Assembly (NCBI GenBank): GCA_028534125.1
Contig: CM052832.1
Location: 10,790,001 to 10,854,000 of the forward strand
Source of the DNA: Lama glama
Taxonomy: Eukaryota
Reading direction: 5' to 3'
DNA: 64,000 bases
Position numbers and translations under genes: made by a program. The notes beneath the pieces were generated by a model that saw only the letters and a list, made by a program, of their open reading frames with translations, was not told the origin of the DNA and made no database searches. Shown here piece by piece: positions 1-10,740 of this stretch. Every line of letters starts with the position of its first letter. Positions within the stretch are counted from its first letter, which is position 1.

Positions 1-390
1 TAAGGGGCTTGGTGGTGGGGGGCAACGTTAAATGGGTCAGTCAGAGGAGATAACACTGAGGCAGGAGGAGGTGAGGCAGTGAGCATGTGGACATCTGGAG
101 AAACAGCATCCAGGTAGGGGCAACAGGCAGTGCAAAGGCCCCAAGGCAGGAGTACCCCAGGCAAGTCTGAGGAGTAGCAGGGAGGCCAGGGAACTAGTGC
201 AGAGTGAGCAGGGTGAGTAGGAGAAGAGGAAATCAGAGGGGTAAGAGGTAGATCATAAGGGGCCTGTGAGCCATGTGAAGACTTTGACTACATGAGACAA
301 GCCTCACTGGGGTCCTTGAGCAGAGGAAGGAATTGATCTGACCTGGGTGTTAACAGGATCCCTCTGGCTGCTTGTAGAAGAGAGGCTGGG
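1..390 (-). mobile_element. L2 LINE fragment
   Basis: Antisense L2 hallmarks: 'gcatccaggtaggggcaacaggcagtgcaaaggcccc', 'ggatccctctggctgc'. Confidence 0.8.
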
Positions 391-1009
391 GGAGGAGAGC
401 AAAATGGTTCACCTAGAAGCCAATTCTACAGGGAGTTTTGATCCCTTACCCTGCCTGCTGTCCTGAGGGCTGTGGGAATGGACTTTGGGGTCCTTTGCCT
501 CAGAATCCCAGTCATGTTGAATGTGGCTCCTTTATGTGCTGACAGAGTAAAGTGATTGCCAGTAAGACCGAATGTCCCGGGGCACATGGGGAGCCCCCGT
601 CCTCAGAAGGGGCAAAGGCATAGGGCAGCGGCAGAGCCTGGCGCCTGGCCCCTCGCCCTTCTCAGAAGTTGAAAAGAGGCTCCTGATCCTTCGAGCCCTG
701 ACTGAGTCATGCCAGATTCATGATAATCCCATTCTAAAGAGCAGCCCTGCACCTTCCCCTGTTGTCCCTGAGGGCTGTGCATTCAAGAAAGGCCAGCATC
801 TGGCACCAAAACCAGAAAAGGGATTCTGCAACTTGTACTGATAATTGCAGTAGTTCTCTCTAACTTCTCGCTCATCCCTAGACCAGAAACAGCAAATATA
901 AAACACTGGTTCTTCCAGACCCACAGCACTCTGTCCCACTGAGTTTGAACACAGCCTCAGAATCCTTCTCAGCACTGGCACCCAGCACATCCTCAGAGTC
1001 AGAGCACTT

Positions 1010-1180
1010 CTTTGGTGACTTCATTTCCTACCACTCTCCCTTTCCATCACTCTGTTTTGGCCATACCAGCCTCCTCACTGTCCCTGCCTCTGGGCCTTTG
1101 CACTGGCAGCGCCCTCTGTGTGTGTGGGTGGGGAGAAACTGCCAAGAGATATCCACGTAGCTCACTTCCTTCAGACCTCC
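1010..1180 (+). mobile_element. L2 LINE fragment
   Basis: 'cctgcctctgggcctttgcactggc...gctcacttcctt' resembles the L2 3' region. Confidence 0.65.
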
Positions 1181-1360
1181 CAAGAGCATTCAGAAGTAGC
1201 ACAGCAACCCTCATCGCTCATGGGAATTCCATCTCTAACCTGGTTAGCCATGTGGCCTCAGGGCCATTCAGCTAACCACTGTCTCTAGGATGGGGAGCTT
1301 AATTATGAAAGGTACTTCCCAGGGTCATCAAGAGCACTGATTGAGGTAATGTGAGAGTGC

Positions 1361-1575
1361 GGGGTTCAAATCTTGGCTAGGCACAAACATTCTCTCTGTG
1401 TGATCTTGGGTAAATCACTTAACTTCTCTGAGCCTTGATTTCTTCTTCTGTAACATGAGGATAATAATAGTCCCTCTCTCACAGAGTTGCTATGAGGGTG
1501 AAATACGTTCATACAGGTAGAGTGCTCAGAACAGTGCTTGACATATAGCAAATTTTCAATAAATGTTAGCTGCCA
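1361..1575 (+). mobile_element. MIR SINE
   Basis: Core 'tgtgtgatcttgggtaaatcacttaacttctctgagcct' and tail 'caataaatgttagctg'. Confidence 0.9.
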
Positions 1576-1694
1576 GTGTAATAATGTATGTTTGTGTTTT
1601 TGTTTTTGTTTTTTAATTGCTATCAAACTGTTAGCCTGACTCTAATACTTGCTTCCTGCTACAATCTGATTCTGCTCAATTCAGTTCAAGGTAA

Positions 1695-1925
1695 TACAGT
1701 ATAGGAAAGATCACTTTCAGTGGCCTGGCAGACCTGGCTTACACCCTTGGCTCAGCCGCTTTCCAGCTGTGTGAACCTGAGCAGGTGACCGATCTGCCCG
1801 AGTCTCAGTTTCTTCATCTGTGGTGTGGGGATAATTACTCCTGCTGCACAGAGTCAGTGTGCAGAATCTGAGACCCTGCCCGTCAAGTCCCCCATACATG
1901 GCACATGTGCTCAATAAGTCGTAGG
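1695..1925 (+). mobile_element. MIR SINE
   Basis: 'agctgtgtgaacctgagcagg...tctcagtttcttcatctgt...gtgctcaataag'. Confidence 0.8.
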
Positions 1926-2494
1926 CCAGACAGAACCAGCCACGTGTCCTCGGCAACCTTGCACTTGGACAGGGAAGCAAACAGACCCCTTTGTGGCTGG
2001 CAGGGAGAAGTGGAGGCCTGGGAGCTGGGCTGCTTGCCTCGGTTTAATGAGGCCCTTTCCTGTGCCCTGAGATCTCATGGCTGGTCAGAGGCGTTGGCAG
2101 GCTGGTGATTCTGTGAAGAGCCAGTAATGAGGGTGCAGAGCCAGGGGAGTGGAGGAAGTAGAGTGAGGGCAGCTTGACGTGGCTTCTCCAAATTAGTGCT
2201 GGGGCTCACAGGCAGCTGGGTGCATCATGGATGGGGGAGGGGAGAGGGAGGGAAGAGCACCTAGACTTGGTGGTGCTGGGGGCTGAGGGGGATGGAGGCT
2301 GGAAGTAAGAGAGGTGGCTTGGCTGACAACCCCAGGAAGGCAGGACTTGCCTTTCTTGTGTAGATGCCAGCACAGACTTCTTCCTCTTACGCAAACACAC
2401 ACCCAGTCCCACGCACTCACACCCTCTCTTTTTCTCTGTCACACACTACACGTAACCCACTCCTCGGGTCCACCTCATCTTATCTGCAGGGGGC

Positions 2495-2910
2495 TGTATT
2501 AGTCAGGAGAGGCTAACACTGCAGCAAATGGTGCAAATACAAAAGGTCTCAAACTCATTCTCCCAAGAATCCTGGGCGGTTTACCGCATTAGCCAGGAGG
2601 CCCTCCTCCCATGGAAGGGCACCTGGTTTCCACCACCCCTCGGGTAGGCCTCATTGTCATCTACATGGCCAAACCTGGCCATCACACCCAGGGTCCAGCC
2701 AGCAAAAGGAGAGGAGAATGGGGCAGGTACCCGCCCACCCCCACCTTTTAAGGCTTGGCCCAGCGGTCACACGTACTGCTGCCACCACATTCCATTTGCC
2801 AGAACCTCCCACCTGGACACCAATAACTGCGCAGGCAGCTGGGGAATGCAGTCTGGAGTGAGCCCACGAGAAGGGGACAGTGGACCTTGGTGGTCAGCTC
2901 ACACGCTTTG
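2495..2910 (-). mobile_element. MaLR solo LTR (MLT1K/L-like)
   Basis: Starts 'tgtattagtcagg' (reverse LTR end); contains 'cacattccatttgccagaac...gctggggaatgcagtc'. Confidence 0.7.
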
Positions 2911-3507
2911 CCCCGAGGCCCAGAGAGGGACTATGAGGACCTCCCCAATTCCCATCCCCAGACGCCCCGCATGGTAGCTTTAACGGTAGCAGTTAGGAAA
3001 GGGCAGGCTTGGTCTGCAAGTGTCTCTGGAAGAAGTCACACCGGGAGTCCCATCAGAAGTGTTAGGGGACCTGTAGGAGCCTCTCGGGGCTGGGGGTGGG
3101 GTGGGAGAGGGCCAGGGCAGTTAGCATTGTCTGGAACCAGAACCTTTGTGTACCATGTATATGTGAACACCTATACACACATATGCGCACATACACACAC
3201 ACGCTCACAAATAGCCCCACAGCCGGTTCTCAAACGATAGACACGCAGACATGCCCCGACACATTTTTCACACACATGCACACACATCCACCTATACTCC
3301 TGAACTCGCACACCCCAACACGTATCTACATGCGTGTCCATAAAGGTTATCAGGAGTCCACAGGGTGCGCTTCAAGGATGAAGAAAAACGCCTCTCCCGA
3401 AAGTTCTCCTCAGGACCAGCCAGTGTCTGAGAGCGCCGTTAGCCAGCCATCATATTTAACTAAGACTCCCTCACATTTGTATAGGCCTTAACGTTTAGCA
3501 AAGCGCT

Positions 3508-3850
3508 CGTTCGTTCACTGCTCAACCGTAGGGTAAATATTTACTCAGCAGTGACTCGAGGCCAGATATCATGATTGGCAGGGGAGCCGCAAAGATGAAG
3601 ACACAGCCCAGCCCGTGTCCTCCGGGAAGACACGCTTCTCCACAGAGAAGGGCTCTAGCAGAGGGATGCGGGGGCTGCTGTGGGAGCAGAGGGCAGGAGG
3701 GTTCTGGGTGGGGTCAGAGGTGACGTGGAGTCAGGCCTTGAAAGTCGAGGTCACCGGGTGGAGAAGGACAGCCCCTCTTTCTAGGAAGAGGGGCTGCTCT
3801 ATGCGAAGGGGTCAGGTGGTGGATTTGGGGAGTGACAAGTGGTTCAGAGG
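3508..3850 (-). mobile_element. L2 LINE 3' fragment
   Basis: 'aaatatttactcagc...ggctgctgtgggagcagaggg...ggccttgaaag'. Confidence 0.6.
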
Positions 3851-3989
3851 AGGTGTCAGAGTGCTTCCTACAACTGGAGCTCTACTAGGCCCAGAGGTGC
3901 GGCTGCTGACATAAAGTAATCATAGTTTTCTCCCAAAGTGCAAGGAAAAAGTTGAGTTTTCCCTTCCTGTCGGGTGAAGTTTATCTCCT

Positions 3990-4480
3990 TGTCTCATCCA
4001 GGATTCAGGCAAGGAACAAAAAGAACACTCTAGACCTAAGAGGGAATTCAGTACAGGGGTTGGGTTACAGGTGATGGAATTGCCGAGGGGTCAACCAGGG
4101 AACAGCTGGCGTCACAGAGATTAGCTACAGCAGGTGCCACCGCCCGCCCCCACCCAAGGATGGAGGTACATGGAGGAGATGGTATGATCAGAGCCTAAGA
4201 TCCTAAGGTCTGGCAGGAGCTAGACCCCGCCACCCCCACTGAGCTGGTAGCTGACAGGGGGACACTAGTTGAAGCAGAAAAAAAGGGAAGAAACACCTGG
4301 CTTCTCTCCTCCTCCTCCTACCCACCAGTCTTCTTCCAGAGCCTCCATTGGCCAACTCTACCTGGAAGCAAGAAAGCATAGGAGCCTGGGAAAAGACAAG
4401 GGAGGCTGGGAAATGTAGTTCCAGAGGCAGGCAGGTGAAAGGAAAGACAGATCCGAGAGCTAGCAATGGAATAACCAGTT
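3990..4480. mobile_element. Ancient ERVL/MaLR-type LTR
   Basis: 'cctccattggccaactctacctggaagc...agggaggctgggaaatgtagtt' is typical of old ERVL-class LTRs; subfamily uncertain. Confidence 0.55.
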
Positions 4481-4589
4481 TGCTCCTGTGATTTCTTCTT
4501 AAACCTCTGCTATCAGCTGTAGAAATCAGCTGTAGATTTGTTTGTTGGTGTTAAATTGTATGAACAAATGCCAAAAGAATATTAATATG

Positions 4590-4622
4590 AAGAAAAGAAA
4601 GAAAGAAAGAAAGAAAGAAAAG
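4590..4622. repeat. (GAAA)n microsatellite
   Basis: Directly visible. Confidence 0.9.
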
Positions 4623-5101
4623 CAACTCAGAAGCAGCCATTTACCGCCTGTTTTATTTTTTCCTGGGTAAGCGCTTGGGGTTATAGTTTTAAATTGTACT
4701 TGAGAGCATATGAGCTTAATTAAAGTTAACACTTTGGAGCAACTTAAAATAGCAATGCATGTTTCCTGCTAAAAGAGATGTCGCTCATTTATGTGATGGA
4801 AAGAAATCTATCAGGACTTCAGGATGAGTCTTTCACAAAGAGGGTTGTGACCTGGTGGTTGTGCCAGATACCATGTTTTGCCTCTCCAGATCCACTCTGC
4901 CCTCCTCCCCGCTGCTGTGTGACCTGAAAGACTGACCAGTGTGCACCCATAAACGCTGGCTTTTCGTTAGGTTCAGCCATGGGGGACAGTAGCAGAAGAC
5001 TGGGAGGAGGGAAGAGAGCGAGGCCAGGGTACCTGTTTATCTGGTCCTCTCACAGCCTGTGTGGTTGCCCCTGGCTGCCTCTGTCCCGAAATTTTCTAGA
5101 C

Positions 5102-5309
5102 CAGTATGTCTCAACAGGGGGAGATTTATCCCCCAGAGGACATTTGGCAATGTTTGGAGACATTTTTAGTTGTCACAACTGGTGATGCCACTGGTACCCA
5201 GTGGGTAGAGGCCAGGGATGCTGTTAAACATCCTACAGCACACAGGACAGCCCCACAACCAAGACTTATCCAGCCTAAGTGTTAGTAGTGCTGAGGCTGA
5301 GGACCCCTG
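5102..5309 (+). mobile_element. MER20 (hAT-Charlie), near full length
   Basis: 'ggacatttggcaatgtttggagacatttttagttgtcacaactgg...gtgggtagaggccagggatgctgttaaacatcctaca'; preceded by the hAT-type target TTCTAGAC. Confidence 0.92.
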
Positions 5310-5317
5310 CTACACAT

Positions 5318-5560
5318 CAGTGCTTCTCAAGCTATTTATGGTGGAGGACAAGCTTTGGTTTTTCCCCACTCCGTTGCAGACCAATGCTTTTGTAAGAATA
5401 AAGCAGAAAAGATGATCATGCACTTAGATGTCACAATCAGGGCCAAATAGCCACAAAATTTTCTTAAAGCTTACCCTCGGTTTCTGTGTTGTCTGATCAT
5501 GGACCAGGAACAAAGAGCTCATGGACAAGCATCCACCTGTGGGCCACACTCAGTAGTGCA
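5318..5560 (-). mobile_element. Charlie4-like non-autonomous hAT element
   Basis: TIR-like ends 'cagtgcttctcaag' and 'gggccacactcagtagtg'; internal 'gatcatgcacttagatgtcac'. Confidence 0.65.
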
Positions 5561-5809
5561 GACCCGCATGATTCTCTCTCCTTCCTGAGTCTGGAAACAG
5601 CTGGGTCACTGCTAGCCCTGAGTTAGTTCTTGTTCTCTTGTGGTTCCCCATCCCCATCCACCTCTTTTTAATGAGAGCCTTTGAAGGCAAAGTCTTCTGC
5701 TATCCCTCTGTGAGTGTGCTTTCTGCCTCTGAAGGGCCCGACTGATTCCAAGATGTTTTAAGAATGTGGGCAAGGTTGAGGGTGTGTGGGTGGAAGGACA
5801 AGAATGTGA

Positions 5810-6240
5810 TGGGAAGCCTGGTTTGGGAGCCCAGCTCAGGCACCTGGATGTTCCTTGTGGGTCATGGCTAGCCCTTGAAGAGTGTTTCAGTGGCTGAGGG
5901 ACACGGCCAGAGTTGTGCTTTACTGTAGCACTCTGGAGGCAATGGTGCTGAGCACAGACCTTAAGGGAGCACATCCGGAGGCAGGGAGGCCGCTTTGGAG
6001 GCCGCTGCATCCATCCAGACCAGAGATGGCAAGGCCCAAGCAAAAGCATGTATGGAGATGGAAGGAGGGAGACATTCAGAAGGTGGAACCTACCAGCCAG
6101 AGTACCAGCGGGATGTGGGCATGAATGAAGGGGGTGTCCAGGCTCCCCAGATCCAAGAGGATCCATGGTTCGTAGTATCAGGAGCATGAGGGGGTGGACA
6201 GGACCACATGAGCAGGAGATGAGTTTGGTTCTGTCACTAG
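5810..6240 (-). mobile_element. L2 LINE fragment
   Basis: 'cactctggaggcaatgg...ggaggcagggaggcc...ccagaccagagatgg'. Confidence 0.65.
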
Positions 6241-6324
6241 AGTCTGAATAGTGCCAATTTCACATGACTTTCTCATGCAGCCCATCATTTCAGCTGCTTG
6301 AGTCTGGGAACGGTCTTACTTATG

Positions 6325-6538
6325 ACTAAGAGTGTGGGCTCTGACTCCCAGTGGATCCAGGTCTGGTCTCAGCTCCACTCCCCAGGGAAAGTGAAAACTG
6401 CTTAGCTGCCTCCTTCTCTAAGTGGGGATGATAACAGCAGCTTACTCTGGAGGTTGTCAGGAGGCTAAATGAGATAAAGCATGTAAACTTCCTGGCTCGA
6501 GATTAGCACTCAGTGAACACTGGTTATTATTGTTATTG
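6325..6538 (+). mobile_element. MIR SINE
   Basis: 'gtggggatgataacagc...ggctaaatgagataaagcatgtaaa...ttattattgttatt'. Confidence 0.75.
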
Positions 6539-6585
6539 GCAAAGGAAAACTTGACCACCGAGGCTGTTTAAGCCAGGTGGCTCAA

Positions 6586-6626
6586 ACACACACACACACA
6601 CACACACTCACTCACTCACTCACTCA
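6586..6626. repeat. (CA)n/(CACT)n microsatellite
   Basis: Directly visible. Confidence 0.9.
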
Positions 6627-6944
6627 AGGCAGAAGAACCAGGAGCTGGAGCTGCTTTCCTGCTCTAAATCCTGGGAAGCAGGCCCTTTCCTCCGGCCCTC
6701 TTTCCGAAGGGCCATTTACGGTAGGAGATTGTTCCAAGCCTGACCCTTCATTCCTGGTGCCAGCCTCTTCCCAAGGCTCAGCCTCACCCTGTTACTCCTC
6801 CTTTAGCAGCAACCCTATTGCTGCTTCGTCGCACCCGATTTTCCCAGACTCGGGAAGCAAGGGGGTTGGGGAGAGACCAGGCAGGGTCCACACGCAGCCG
6901 CTGGAGGAGGACAGGAAGGCAGGGCAGTGGCTGAGGGGCCGCAG

Positions 6945-7210
6945 GACACAGTGCTCAGGAGCAGAGGCTCTGGGGCCAGACTGCCTGCTTCAGACCCCAG
7001 CTCTACCGCTCACTAGCCCGGCACTCTGGGGCAGGCAGCTACACTTTTCTGTAGCTCTGGTCCTTATGTGCAAATGGAGAGGACAATGCTAGTAATGACC
7101 TCCCAACAACTGTTGGATTAAATGAGGTTAATCCTCTTGAAGATCCTGGCACAGAGCGAGTCCTCACCGCCGGCTACTCTTCTTTATTATTGCTATTATT
7201 ATTATCAGTA
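6945..7210 (+). mobile_element. MIR SINE
   Basis: 'ggctctggggccagactgcctg...ggattaaatgagg...cctggcacagag'. Confidence 0.75.
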
Positions 7211-7869
7211 GTAGTAGCAGCAGCAGCAGCAGGGTCTGCCTCCCTCCCAGGATACGACGGCTAAACATTGAGGTGACTTCTGGGCTCGCAGTCCATCTCC
7301 TGTGTCCTGCGATTGTGGTGAAGTTTAAATCAATATTCAAAGTGGAAACCCTTGTCACTTATCAGGTGCTCAATAAACCAGCGACCCAGCCCCTCCTCCA
7401 ACAGATACCCTTTTCCACTGCTCACCACGCGGAGCTGGTGGAGCGCGGTGAGTCACAGTGGACAGGGCGGTCTCTGCCATGCTGTTTGCTTACCACCTCT
7501 GCCTCTCCACTTCCCACCAGAGTGGCTGCTTCAGAGTTGCTGTAGGGCTAAGTGAGTTGATAGACACAGGGCACTTAAAACAGAGCCTGGCACGCAGTTA
7601 CCATGAAGTGTTTGCGCTACTATTGTCACTGTTCTCCTGCCCCTCCAACTCACGTCACTAGCCCCAAGGGGGAAGGAAATGAGCCCGTGTAGCTCTGGGC
7701 TCTGCCCGGCAGCTGCCCCAGCAGAACAGAGGTCCTTCTGGTGGAGGAGCAGGAGCCTCGGTGGGCTCTGAGTGTTGCTCCAGGGAAGGGGGTGGCTGGC
7801 TTGCCATGAGCCCGGCAGGGTTTTCACTGAGATAAGGAAAAACATCCATGTATGTGGAAAAGTATAAGC

Positions 7870-8040
7870 CCAGACTGTGGATCTAGCAGCTAGTGTTGAA
7901 GTCCCAACTGCCCCATCCTGGCAGTCCCAGCTGTGCGACCTCAGGCAAATCACTTAGCCTCTCTGAGCTTGGCCATTCCTCCTCTGTGACACAAGGGCAC
8001 AGGATTGCCATGATGCTCGGGTGAGTCAGATAGACCTAAG
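7870..8040 (+). mobile_element. MIR SINE
   Basis: Core 'agctgtgcgacctcaggcaaatcacttagcctctctgagc'. Confidence 0.75.
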
Positions 8041-9231
8041 CAGCTGGCCTCAGGGCCCTTGCTGGATCCAGGCCTCCACCTCCTCTTTCTGCCTCTTCTG
8101 TCCCATGCACTGTAGCTATGGGCCAGGGATGGGGACAAGGGAAGAGGTCTCTATTTCCTCCTTGTGGCTTTCCTAGCAGCCACGCAGGCCGAGAGTGGCA
8201 GGGAGGCAGCAGCCTCCACGGCTGCCCACTGACGGGATGTCAATACCTGCCTGTCAGTCCCAGCCTCCGTGCACAGTTCCCAGGTGAAAGTTTTCAGGCT
8301 CCAGAATTTCATATCTGAGATCTCAATTAAGCTGCCTGGCTCTGGGTGTGAGGGGTTGACGGGCACGGATAGCACCCTGGAGTAGTAGGGGCCAGGAGAA
8401 TGGAGGGCTCTCTGGGAGCGGGGTTGGGTAGAGGGGCGATGGGAAAGGCTGCAGAGAGATGTGGCACCTTCAGGCCGAGGTGAGAGTTTCTGCAGGAGTG
8501 TTTGTGAGTGAGCAGGCATTGTCTCCAGGAGCACCCACCAGAAGGCGTGATACCTGAGCACAGGCCATAGAGATCAGGGTTCACATGACACCTGCATCCA
8601 GGCTTCCTGAAGGTCCAGGCAGGAGAGGCCCAGGCTACAGTGGCCGGGCCCCAGTCTCTATCAGGCTCTCCCTTAAGGTGGAGGGACCACTCAAGGCCTC
8701 CCCGACCAGAGATAACCCTTTGCCAAGTGTCTTTGGATGGGCCTGGCCTACTATGGCAGTGACAGAGGACCTGGCCTCTCCCTCTGGGAAGCAGCGTTGC
8801 GCTCCAGTCTTCACCATTGCGCCATCCTCTCCACCTCCAAGCAACACCCCCTTACTGCCTCCAGTTTTCTTCTGCTAGACACCCATTCTCCCTCCCGAGG
8901 CATGAGAAAGCCTTTGGAGATGAGGGTGGGGTTGGCTCCTGAGGACAGGACCTTGTGTGTGAGTCGGTATAGCACCAGGCTCGGAGTGGGGCTCAGTCAA
9001 AGCTGAGGAATCTCCCAGGACAGAGAGGGGGTGGAACCAGCCTCCACTGGCAGCTGCCAGGGGCCAGGGCTGGCCTGACTCTCACCCACCACTGCCCAGA
9101 TTATTTGCAGCAGAAGTGAGGGGTGGGGATTCCCTTTTGTTTAATGTCTGCTTCTTCACACCTTTAATCTCTCTGCCTCTCCGTGTCCCTCCCTCTGCCC
9201 CTCCCCATGGGTTTCCTTTCTCTTTGCTGAG

Positions 9232-9764
9232 TCTCTCCCCTTCCTTCTCTGAACCTCCATCTGTAACTTTCCATTGTCTCCACCCTCAACCCTCCCCTTT
9301 CTCACTTCCTTCTTCTCTCATACTCATCTATTTTTCCCACATCTTCTGGGTTGTTCCCACACCTGATCGCCGATGTCTCTTCTCTGTGTACCATTCTCTG
9401 ACACTTCTATCCCCTGCCCCTGAATCTTTCTTTCTCATTTCCTTTTCTACCCCATCCTGTCTCCCTGTTCTCTTACCTGGGCCCCCTCCACATCTCTCTC
9501 TGATTCCTTCCTATTTCCGGCGCCCTATTTCTATCACCTGCCTGTCCTTCCACCGCCCTCCGCCCCCTCCTCCCTGTCTCCTCATCTCTCCCTTTTCCTG
9601 TATTTCTGTCACTCTTTCCCGCTCTGCCTCACTCTCTGTGTCCCTGCATGTCTCTCTCTCCCCCTCTACCTCTCCTGTCTCTGTCACCCTCTCTCTTTTT
9701 TCTACTTCTGCCTCTGTCCCCCCACCCCAACCCTACTCCCTCTCCCTCTGCGCCTACCCCCCAG
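9232..9764 (+). promoter_or_regulatory. LRFN2: 3' splice acceptor of the LRFN2 last intron with a very long polypyrimidine tract
   Basis: AG at 9763-9764, preceded by pyrimidine-rich sequence with no other AG back to 9230-9231. Confidence 0.9.
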
Positions 9765-10740
9765 GATGATCCCAGCCTCCAACAAGGCCTTCGTGGTCAA
9801 CAACCTGGTGTCAGGGACTGGCTACGACCTGTGCGTGCTGGCCATGTGGGACGACACGGCCACGACGCTCACGGCCACCAACATCGTGGGCTGCGCCCAG
9901 TTCTTCACCAAGGCTGACTACCCACAGTGCCAGTCGATGCACAGCCAGATCCTGGGCGGTACCATGATCCTGGTCATCGGTGGCATCATTGTGGCCACGC
10001 TGCTGGTCTTCATCGTCATCCTCATGGTGCGCTACAAGGTCTGCAACCAGGAGGTCCCCGGGAAGACGGCTGCTGCCGTCAGCAATATGCACTCACAGAC
10101 CAATGGGGCTCAGCCGCCTGCTCTGGGCAGTGCACATAGCGGGGCCCCCATGCCGGGGCCCCCCAAGGTGGTGGTGCGCAATGAGCTCATGGAGTTCAGT
10201 GCCAGCCTGGCCCGAGGCAGCGACTCCTCTTCCTCCAGCTCCCTGGGCATCGGGGAGGCCATGGGGCTGGGACGGGGCCCCTGGAGGCTCCCACCCCCTG
10301 CCCCCCGCCCCAAACCCAACCTTGATCGCCTGATGGGGGCCTTTGCCTCTTTGGACCTCAAAAGTCAGAGAAAGGAGGAGCTGCTTGACTCCAGGACTCC
10401 AGGCGGGAGAGGGTCTGGGACATCAGCCAGGGGCCACCCCTCGGACCGAGAGCCACTGCTGGGGCCACCTGCGGCCCGGGCCAAAAGCCTGCTCCCCTTG
10501 CCCCTGGAGGGTAAGGCCAAACGCAGCCACTCCTTCGACATGGGGGACTTTGCGGCTGCAGCTGCAGCAGCTGGAGGGGTCGCCCCAGGAGGCTACAGCC
10601 CTCCTCGGAGGGTCTCAAACATCTGGACAAAGCGCAGCCTCTCTGTCAACGGAATGCTCTTGCCCTTTGAGGAGAGCGACCTGGTGGGAGCCCGGGGAAC
10701 TTTCGGCAGCTCCGAGTGGGTGATGGAGAGCACGGTGTAG
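9765..10740 (+). CDS. LRFN2: Final coding exon of leucine-rich repeat and fibronectin type III domain-containing protein 2 (SALM1); partial CDS, upstream exons lie outside the window
   Basis: Translation [30 protein letters not shown]...[32 protein letters not shown]...[11 protein letters not shown] matches the LRFN2 C-terminal half as I recall it: end of FN3, TM helix (about 9964-10029), class I PDZ ligand ESTV (10726-10737), TAG at 10738-10740. Acceptor CCCCAG ends at 9764; G9765 completes a split codon (phase 2). Confidence 0.97.

Larger units (their letters stand above)
4855..5750 (+). mobile_element. LTR33-like ERVL LTR split by two DNA transposons
   Basis: 5' part 'ccagatccactctgccctcc...ggttcagccatggggg...gaggccagggt'; 3' part ends 'gtgagtgtgctttctgcc...gactgattcca'. 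Confidence 0.7.

Noticed and set aside
9116..9769. 217-aa Ser/Pro/Leu-rich ORF
   Set aside because: Artefact of the purine-poor tract, which rarely forms stop codons; low complexity.
9766..10740. 324-aa ORF as a standalone intronless gene starting at ATG 9766
   Set aside because: The Met is internal to the LRFN2 FN3 domain and sits one base after a strong splice acceptor; this is a terminal exon.
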